Positions 6,976-14,743 of a DNA stretch of 24,253 nt are shown here, piece after piece (the first letter of the stretch is position 1; each line of letters begins with the position of its first letter). The notes beneath the pieces are model-generated. The model ran no database searches, was not told the DNA's origin, and saw only the letters and a program-made list of their open reading frames with translations. The stretch is from a virus (lineage: Duplodnaviria; Caudoviricetes), in IMG/VR virus record IMGVR_UViG_3300032330_000999, positions 1 to 24,253 of that record; one strand, given 5' to 3'. A program made the position numbers and the translations under genes.

Positions 6976-8405
6976 TTTCTCCCGAATTCGCTCAGAAGAT
7001 CGCGACCAAGATTCAAGCTGGTCCAGATCTGAGTGTTCTTTCGGAACCAGAGCAAGCAGCGCTACGCGCCCGACTGCGCTGGCTCAGTGTGGCAAACACG
7101 CACCAGATCGAACCAGAGGGAGATTGGTGGACTGTTTGGCTTCTGCTCGCTGGGCGCGGTGCAGGTAAGACGCGCTGTGCTGCAGAATGGATCTGGTGGC
7201 AAGCGTGGAGCAATCCAGGAACGCGCTGGCTAGTCTCCGCGCCCACCTCTGGCGACGTCAGAGACGTCTGCTTCGAGGGGGACTCGGGACTGCTGAACGT
7301 CATCCCGATGGAGATCGCGCCCGACGGATATAACAAATCGCAGCATGAGCTCCGTTTGATCAACGGATCGATCATCAAAGGAATTGCAGCTTCGGAACCT
7401 TCCCGATTCCGCGGACCACAATTCCACGGTGGTTGGTGTGACGAGCTCGCTGCATGGGATTACCTTGATGACGCTTGGGACATGCTTAAGTTCGGCATGC
7501 GTCTTGGTCAACACCCTCAGCTCATCTGTACCACAACACCGAAGCCAAAGCCACTGATCATCGACCTCGTGGCGCGCGATGGTCAAGATGTTATCTACAC
7601 GTCTGCTTCTACCTACGACAACATTGCTAATCTCGCGCCCACCTTCCGCGATCAGATTATGCAATACGAAGGCACGACCATCGGTCGCCAAGAGATCTAC
7701 GCTGAGATCATCGACCCAGAAGAGTCGGGCATCGTCAAGCGCGATTGGTTCAAGCTCTGGTCTGCTGACAAACCTCTGCCACGTTTCGAGTTCGTGCTTC
7801 AGTCGTATGACTGCGCAACGAGCGACAAGACCCACAACGACCCGACCGCATGCACGGTCTGGGGAGTGTTCAAGCCGAACGATGACAAGCCGATGTCCGT
7901 CATGCTCATCGATTGCTGGACCGAGTACATGCAATATCCTGAGCTTCGCCCTCGTGTCGTAGAAGAGTACTCCTCTATCTACGGAGACGAGAACGAGTTC
8001 GGTCAAGGCAAGAAGGTCGACATGGTTCTCATCGAGGACAAGTCGGCAGGCATCTCGCTCATCCAGGATCTACAGCGAGCAGGCTTGCCTGTCCGCTCGT
8101 ACAATCCAGGAAATGCAGATAAGATGATGAGGTTGAATATTATTTCTCCCCTTATTCAGAGAGGGCGCGTATACTTGCCTGAATCAACAACCAAAGCAGG
8201 CTATGCACGTGATTGGGTAGATCCATTGATTAATCAAATCTGCGCCTTCCCCGAAGTTCGGCACGACGACCTCGTCGATTCGACCACACAAGCTCTACGC
8301 ATCCTGCGCGACATTGGCTTCTTGACCATCGATTACATTTCCGATGACAGCGATATGTACGTTGACGAGACCAGACCTAAACGAGTAAACCCATATGCCG
8401 TATGA
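6972..8405 (+). CDS. terL: Terminase large subunit
   Basis: Walker A AGRGAGKT, RGPQF..GWCDE Walker B, TTTPK coupling motif, RNase H-like nuclease residues SYD, IEDK, HDDLVDS. Confidence 0.96.
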   Translation: MISPEFAQKIATKIQAGPDLSVLSEPEQAALRARLRWLSVANTHQIEPEGDWWTVWLLLAGRGAGKTRCAAEWIWWQAWSNPGTRWLVSAPTSGDVRDVCFEGDSGLLNVIPMEIAPDGYNKSQHELRLINGSIIKGIAASEPSRFRGPQFHGGWCDELAAWDYLDDAWDMLKFGMRLGQHPQLICTTTPKPKPLIIDLVARDGQDVIYTSASTYDNIANLAPTFRDQIMQYEGTTIGRQEIYAEIIDPEESGIVKRDWFKLWSADKPLPRFEFVLQSYDCATSDKTHNDPTACTVWGVFKPNDDKPMSVMLIDCWTEYMQYPELRPRVVEEYSSIYGDENEFGQGKKVDMVLIEDKSAGISLIQDLQRAGLPVRSYNPGNADKMMRLNIISPLIQRGRVYLPESTTKAGYARDWVDPLINQICAFPEVRHDDLVDSTTQALRILRDIGFLTIDYISDDSDMYVDETRPKRVNPYAV

Positions 8406-9258
8406 TGAGCAACCTGAAGAGCTAGACACTCCCGCCATGCGCGCAGAGCTGTTAAACCGCTACGGTCCAACCGAGCGACCTGAGGTCTATGACGATGGGG
8501 AATCGCTTCTTGGTCAGAACCCTGATATGTTACCTATCGGATTTAAAGTGCCTAAGCTCTTCGATGTGCCACACAACCCTTCCCGTAGAACGATGGGTCT
8601 TGATTTACCGACCGCGCCCATGACTCCGATGCCGCAACAAACACCCAACCCTCTCGAAGCGATCAAGAATCTACCTATGACACGTCGACAAGTTCTACAA
8701 ACTCCAATCAACGCTGCTGTGTCTCACATCGGTAAAGGTTTAATCGGTGAGGCAGTTGCTCCTGCTGTTGAGTCTGCTTTGACACAAGTCGCGCCCGAAG
8801 TTGCGCAATCAACTTTTGTCAGGAATCCTCTATTTGATGAATACTTTGAAGAGTACGCGGTAGCTGCTTTCAACAATGCTGCTGAAAATATGCCAAACGA
8901 AGCAGGAGTCGCAGGTTATCAAAAACTGCGTGAATATTTGGAAGATAAAATACCTGAAAAAACTTTGAAAAAATATGACAAGCTATCTGATGAAGCGGAC
9001 TACGAAAACGATGACGGGTATCTTGATAGCGCAATTGAAGCGCAAAATAAATTAGAAGATTTTATTTACGATAACTTGAAATATCTAAAACCTGATGAGC
9101 TGCAAGATTTTTCAAATCACATGATCCAGTATGACACAACACCCGAGGAGTTTGCTGATGATGTTATTAGAAATGTTTCAAACTCTGGGAATGAAGATGC
9201 TCAAATAAATCTTGATGAGTTAGTCGAATATCTTGAACGCGCACGGAGTCAAAAATAA
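8395..9258 (+). CDS. Hypothetical protein with Pro-rich N-half and very acidic C-half; possible internal virion protein
   Basis: 287 aa, overlaps the terL stop and is coupled (TAATG) to the next gene; shares MPYD and MRxEL motifs with it. Confidence 0.8.
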   Translation: MPYDEQPEELDTPAMRAELLNRYGPTERPEVYDDGESLLGQNPDMLPIGFKVPKLFDVPHNPSRRTMGLDLPTAPMTPMPQQTPNPLEAIKNLPMTRRQVLQTPINAAVSHIGKGLIGEAVAPAVESALTQVAPEVAQSTFVRNPLFDEYFEEYAVAAFNNAAENMPNEAGVAGYQKLREYLEDKIPEKTLKKYDKLSDEADYENDDGYLDSAIEAQNKLEDFIYDNLKYLKPDELQDFSNHMIQYDTTPEEFADDVIRNVSNSGNEDAQINLDELVEYLERARSQK

Positions 9259-12200
9259 TGCCATATGATGATCTAGGGAACTATATCCCAGGAGACGAAG
9301 CCGAACTCGACAAGATGCGTTACGAGCTCAGTCTGATTGATACCATCAAACAGATGGCTCGCTCTCCCGCTAACGACTTATCGATGCTCACCAAGCCACA
9401 GACCTACAAGGACATCGCCACTGGTTTAGGTTCGGCAGCTGAGTCCATGGTTCGTGGTGCTGGTGCTGCTCCGTTCGGAGTCGCTGGTGATATCATCAAA
9501 CACTTCCAAGACACTCCGCTCATTCCTGGAGTAACCGATAAGCTCTCGATCAACGATATCTTTCCTGGCTATGGCACAGTTCAGGAAGCTGTCGCGCCCA
9601 CTCCGTTTGCTTTACCTCAGCGTCGCGCGCCCAACGCGTCTTACGCGCCCGAAGTCCCGAAGCAAGAGCTGTTCGGCTTGCCGTACGTAACGACTGGCGA
9701 CATCCTCAACACCGCTGAAAAGAGATACACACCGCAGTTCGGTGACAAGGAAGCCAACGACTTTATGGAAAGTCTAGGCATGTTCATGTCTCCGCAGATG
9801 GCTGCTGGGGCGCGAACAGGAATCATCAACATGGTCGAGACCACAGGCAAGATGCCCTCGCTCGGGCGCGAGTCCGTTCAGGCATTCGCTCGCGATTACA
9901 CCAACGCGATGAACGGAGTCTACCCCGAGACACCGACTGCAGGGTCGATGGCTGCCGACTTCGCTCGCACAGGCAAAGCTGCTGGTCGTAAAGCTGGTGA
10001 AGTCGTCGGTGAAACGATTGAAGACCTCGCTCAACGCAGAGCAGCTGGCGAAGGCGCATACGCCAACCCATTCAGTCCGCAATCAGTCATGGCTGACGTC
10101 ATGGCTGGTCCACGCTCCTACGCAGTTCGCCCAGTCAACGCTGGTCAGATGATCAAAGAGACCGACTTACCAAACATCAAGTATGTTGAATCTAACCCGA
10201 AAATTCACACAATGGGCTATAAGTTTGAAGAAGACGTGCTTCCTTACACTGGTGAAGAGTTTCCGAATACGATTCGTCAAGAATATTACCAGAAAATATT
10301 TGAGAAAGATAGCGACATAAGCAGAATCTATCAAGATTGGGCAAATAACAAATTCATGCAGATGTATCCTGACGCGCCAACTCTTGATGCTGCTCGTAGC
10401 AGATACTCAAATCAAGGTAATCTGAAAGACCGCTCTAAAGACCAACTGAGAATGATGTCCGAGTTTGCTGAATCTCCAGAAGTCAATGAGCATTTGAATC
10501 AAGTCTCAAGCGCACGTGATTCAGCTATTGAAGAATACAACGAGGTTAAGAACAAACCTAAAGACGAACTCAAGACTGACGAAGAAAAAGAGTTACACAA
10601 AGCCAAGATTGATGAGCTCGAATTAGAACTCCTCAAGAATGACTTCGCGCCCGAACTCACTTCTGAACAATACCGTAAACGCATTGAGATCCCGACTGCC
10701 GAAGAGTATCTGCGTCGTGCTAATGCTGCCCGCAAATACATCATGGGTGAGTTCCGTAACGATATCGCCAAATACACAGGAACTTCGCAAGGTCCACAGA
10801 TGGAACTCGCTAAGAAGGGTATCACCTTCGTGCCCAAAGAGGATCTGTTAAGGAAGTCCAGAGAGATTACCCAAGGTGGGCAAGATTTCCGCGACTTACA
10901 GAAAAAACGTGAAGAAGCTGGTTTCAAGGCTTTAGGTGAGATGCAACCGCTCATCGATCAGAAAGAAGCTGAGCTCGCTAAGTTACAAGAAGATCTGAAC
11001 GCGATGAATGCGAAGCGTAATGACTTGCGTGATCAACATCGATTAATGATGCCTGACGAACCTGATCCTGCTCGTAACCCGACCGAGATTGGCGCACAGT
11101 ACCGCGCCCTAAAGAACCCAATGAGCTCTCTCATCGATAAGATGGAGAAAACCAAGAAGCAAGTTCAGAACTTCCAACTCGCTAATGCGTATGAAACAAT
11201 CAGTGACTTGGCTTATACTCCATATCCTGCTTCTCATTGGCGCAAAGTAATTCCTTACGAGCAGAAAGACTTTTTCCCTGATCTATTCGCTAAACGTGAG
11301 AATGGTGAATACAAGATTCCTGATGACGCACCGATGTTCAACGTCGATACGAGAAGAGTAAAACAGATAGGCACTGACACCCTCGCTGAACAGTATACCG
11401 ACGCAATCCTAGATGGGCGCGTTCCTATCGATGACAAAGGAAAGCCAGCTGTCTCTATTGATAAGTTCATTGAACAGATCACCAGACCTCGTGTGAAAGA
11501 GGAAGAACTGAAAAACATTGAAGGAGCTCGAGCCAAAATTCGTTTGAACGATTACGCTCAGAACACTCTAGCTTCAATTCCTGCTGATATGAGATTCCAG
11601 AACGCTTCCGCGTTAGAGCTGACTAGTGACAACCCAATGCCTGTCATCCGTCGTCAAGTCAGTTTTGACGGTATGGTGTTAGACAACTGCGTAGCAGGTT
11701 GTTCCGCGCCCCATCCAGGAATAAATCCATTCACTAATCAAAGTTATAATAATTCGTATCCTGTTGACGTAGCTACTGGCGCTAATCGCGGTGACCGTCA
11801 ATTCAACTCAAGTTATATGGAAGCGATTCGTGACGGTGATCAGCGTTACGCTTCCCTTCGTGATAACGACACTGGTATACCTGTCGTCAATATCAATATG
11901 TTAAAAACTTCAGGTAGCGGATCGGCTAATCCTAAGTACAACGTACAGTATGTCTCTGGTTATCAAAACAATCAAATTGATAAAAAGTACACCAACGATG
12001 TTCGTGATTACCTCAACGCTCGTGCTGATATCATTCAAGGTTCAGGTGATGGACTCAACAAGTGGGGTATCTTTGATTTGACTTCCCCTGCAGGTCAAAG
12101 AGCAGCTGGTCGCGCCCTCGGTGTTCCCGAAACTGCACTCAGTTCGTTTGACCTGCCACGCTTCGTTACCGAAAAAGACATCCGTGACTTAGCCAGCAAG

Positions 12201-14741
12201 CAACCTGTTGGTGAAAGCCACGCAGACCTCGTTGCTGCTCGTGACCGCTTGTCTGAAGAGCTCCGACCATTGATAAGAGATTACGGATTTGGTGCACCAG
12301 AGACCCATGACATACAAGATCAACTTACAGATATTGAAGCACGTCTGGCTGCTATATCTAATCAAGTCCGAAACGCACCTTCAACTCAAGGTTTCACTTC
12401 GAACTTGTTCCGTCGTATGAGTACCGAGCCTTTGCGGAATGGGCTGGAACTAGAAGGCGGATTAGATAGAGTCTCGACTATTATTGACAACCTTATTGAT
12501 CAAGACAGTTTTGGATTGAGAGAGCTCTGGTCAGACGATTATGAGTTCTACCCAGTCGCATTGAGAAATTTCATCAATGGTATTCGCAATGGTGAGAACT
12601 TACCTGTAATATTAACAAATAGAACAGATGCATCCGCTTTCGCTACTCAAATGCGTGACCGTCTGGCTAGATTCCAAATTGGGATTGAAGACTTGACTCC
12701 GATGCAAAGAGAGTTATTAGTTCGTGAACTTGACAACTATGCTGAGACAAACATCAATCAGATGGCTGACACTTTAGACGACGATACAGTTGATGGTCTT
12801 CGGTTAATTGAAGACAACCATCCTGGAACAATTCAATATTTGCAAGATATTGAGACCCGTAGACGTGGTCAAGACTTCCAACCAGAGACTCAAGCTAGAC
12901 CAGCTCTTGGAGCGCCAACTAACGTACCTCGTGATATCGCTGAACAACTAGTCCCTACGAATCAAGCATTCAGAGACCAAACTGTTCAAGAAGTAACTGA
13001 AGCGTTAAACAACTCAGTCAGAAATTTACCCACAGATAGAGAAACGATTATTGAAGCTATCGATCAGTACAATCGTGATCCGCTTGATATTCCTGGATCG
13101 ATAGCAATGATATTACCAATTGCTTCTGATCGAACAGTTGTTTCTAATTATCTTGTTCAGCATCTTCAAAGCAGGCTCGGTGAAAGAAACGCTGAACTTC
13201 GAGCACCTGCGACTCCAGTTGGTGAGAACGTATCAAGAGCGATAGATTCAAATAGACAAGCACTAACTCAAACCTATCCGCATCAAACGAATAATTTTGA
13301 ATTGATTCATAACGACGCGCAAAACAATGCGGTTATGGCTGCTAGACAAGGTCGAGATGCAAACAATGCATATCTTGATACTATTCAAACTCATATTGAT
13401 CGCTTAAGAAGAGGTCGCCAAACAACTGAGCGAGTAGAGCTTATGCCTCTTGTTCAAGAATTTTATGACGATGTTGCTAGAGCAACAGCACGTGATGGCA
13501 TTGCACCTGCCCAACTTCCTGTACCTCAAGGCGCTCCTCAGCGTTCAACTGCACAGATGAACGCGGTGACTGATTTAGTTATGCAGTTATTTAGAAGTTT
13601 TGAAGCGCAACAATTTGATCGTGGTGATTTAACCTCTACTCTTCATGCACTTGACGCTCGTAACTTTGATCATCCAAGGTTAAGAACCATGTCCGCGGAG
13701 GTAGGCGCACCAGCAAGCGATCAAGTTCAAGAAGACGTTGCTTCAGCGTTACGCGTATTGCTTCAAGGTCGTAATATCGATGTTCCTCCTGATATTTTTG
13801 CTAACGGAGTTGAAGTTCAAGCAGCACCTCCACGTCCTGCTGTTTTAAACGATGAGACAATTGCAAGTTATCGTGACCATTACACAAATCCTGAAACTAA
13901 TTCAAACCGCGCATTTGACAATGTCATGCTAGCTGAGCGTATGACTCCTGGAGCGATAAATGAAGCTATTCTAAGAACGGATGGTCAAGCGAGGTATGAC
14001 GTAGACATTCAGCGATTTTATAACGTTGACTCTCCTGCTGGAATTAGCCAGCTGAACAACGCGCTTCGTCGATACATGGAAGATAACGGATTTGATGTTC
14101 CTCCTCGTCCACTTGAAAACGCAATTGATGAATTAGAAGCGCGATTCCCTGCTCGTGAAGAAGCGGTAGTCGAACCTGAGGCAGCACTTCAAGGCTCGTT
14201 AGAAGCAGCACGTGAGTTTTATAATGACGCTGTTGTTCAAGAGATGACAGATCTTGTTGACAATATTCAGAATGATGATATTCGTTTTGACAGAGAACCT
14301 GATGAATTCCTTGCTCGTTTGAGAGATGAAGCAAACGAGTATGCTGATCACAATCAAGCGTATTCGAATGCCGTCGATGAAATGGCTAATTTCTTAGAGA
14401 ACTACATGCGTGAACGTGCAGCTAACAGACCTGAAGGTCGTAAGCGTGGAGGTTACATCAAGAAGAAAATGATGAATGGTGGCGGTAAGGTAGAACCTGT
14501 TTCTCCTTCTTCAACTGTCAATGACCAGAGTAAGCCAGTCACACCTCCGAAGAAAATTATCAACCCAGACGCGCCCGAATTCAAAGATATTTATAACCGC
14601 GAGAGAGCGATTCGTGGAGGTGGAGGCGGTAGTGGTTCACCTGCCGATTTGAAACAAATGATGAATCCAAGAAATATAACTTATAATGCTGGTGGTAATG
14701 TCAGCGTTGATCAAATGCGTTACGAACTGCTAAGGAAATAA
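9258..14741 (+). CDS. Giant multidomain protein (1827 aa) with a PcfJ-like domain; probable internal virion / ejected effector protein
   Basis: Uninterrupted 5.5 kb ORF between terL and portal; DGMVLDNCVAG...Y...IRDG..RYASLRD..GIPVVNI...SGYQN resembles PcfJ. The ORF is certain, the function is inferred. Confidence 0.7.
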   Translation: MPYDDLGNYIPGDEAELDKMRYELSLIDTIKQMARSPANDLSMLTKPQTYKDIATGLGSAAESMVRGAGAAPFGVAGDIIKHFQDTPLIPGVTDKLSINDIFPGYGTVQEAVAPTPFALPQRRAPNASYAPEVPKQELFGLPYVTTGDILNTAEKRYTPQFGDKEANDFMESLGMFMSPQMAAGARTGIINMVETTGKMPSLGRESVQAFARDYTNAMNGVYPETPTAGSMAADFARTGKAAGRKAGEVVGETIEDLAQRRAAGEGAYANPFSPQSVMADVMAGPRSYAVRPVNAGQMIKETDLPNIKYVESNPKIHTMGYKFEEDVLPYTGEEFPNTIRQEYYQKIFEKDSDISRIYQDWANNKFMQMYPDAPTLDAARSRYSNQGNLKDRSKDQLRMMSEFAESPEVNEHLNQVSSARDSAIEEYNEVKNKPKDELKTDEEKELHKAKIDELELELLKNDFAPELTSEQYRKRIEIPTAEEYLRRANAARKYIMGEFRNDIAKYTGTSQGPQMELAKKGITFVPKEDLLRKSREITQGGQDFRDLQKKREEAGFKALGEMQPLIDQKEAELAKLQEDLNAMNAKRNDLRDQHRLMMPDEPDPARNPTEIGAQYRALKNPMSSLIDKMEKTKKQVQNFQLANAYETISDLAYTPYPASHWRKVIPYEQKDFFPDLFAKRENGEYKIPDDAPMFNVDTRRVKQIGTDTLAEQYTDAILDGRVPIDDKGKPAVSIDKFIEQITRPRVKEEELKNIEGARAKIRLNDYAQNTLASIPADMRFQNASALELTSDNPMPVIRRQVSFDGMVLDNCVAGCSAPHPGINPFTNQSYNNSYPVDVATGANRGDRQFNSSYMEAIRDGDQRYASLRDNDTGIPVVNINMLKTSGSGSANPKYNVQYVSGYQNNQIDKKYTNDVRDYLNARADIIQGSGDGLNKWGIFDLTSPAGQRAAGRALGVPETALSSFDLPRFVTEKDIRDLASKQPVGESHADLVAARDRLSEELRPLIRDYGFGAPETHDIQDQLTDIEARLAAISNQVRNAPSTQGFTSNLFRRMSTEPLRNGLELEGGLDRVSTIIDNLIDQDSFGLRELWSDDYEFYPVALRNFINGIRNGENLPVILTNRTDASAFATQMRDRLARFQIGIEDLTPMQRELLVRELDNYAETNINQMADTLDDDTVDGLRLIEDNHPGTIQYLQDIETRRRGQDFQPETQARPALGAPTNVPRDIAEQLVPTNQAFRDQTVQEVTEALNNSVRNLPTDRETIIEAIDQYNRDPLDIPGSIAMILPIASDRTVVSNYLVQHLQSRLGERNAELRAPATPVGENVSRAIDSNRQALTQTYPHQTNNFELIHNDAQNNAVMAARQGRDANNAYLDTIQTHIDRLRRGRQTTERVELMPLVQEFYDDVARATARDGIAPAQLPVPQGAPQRSTAQMNAVTDLVMQLFRSFEAQQFDRGDLTSTLHALDARNFDHPRLRTMSAEVGAPASDQVQEDVASALRVLLQGRNIDVPPDIFANGVEVQAAPPRPAVLNDETIASYRDHYTNPETNSNRAFDNVMLAERMTPGAINEAILRTDGQARYDVDIQRFYNVDSPAGISQLNNALRRYMEDNGFDVPPRPLENAIDELEARFPAREEAVVEPEAALQGSLEAAREFYNDAVVQEMTDLVDNIQNDDIRFDREPDEFLARLRDEANEYADHNQAYSNAVDEMANFLENYMRERAANRPEGRKRGGYIKKKMMNGGGKVEPVSPSSTVNDQSKPVTPPKKIINPDAPEFKDIYNRERAIRGGGGGSGSPADLKQMMNPRNITYNAGGNVSVDQMRYELLRK

Positions 14742-14743
14742 TA

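Noticed and set aside
7230-8006. 258-aa minus-strand ORF, and the other antisense ORFs in the track over terL, the giant gene, portal and capsid
   Set aside because: Fully antisense to well-supported genes, with no RBS or recognisable motif; typical shadow ORFs from codon bias.
9258-14741. Giant ORF as tape measure protein, tail fibre or virion RNA polymerase
   Set aside because: No tape-measure periodicity or adjacent tail chaperone genes, no fibre repeats, and I found no DxDGD or T7-type polymerase motifs.
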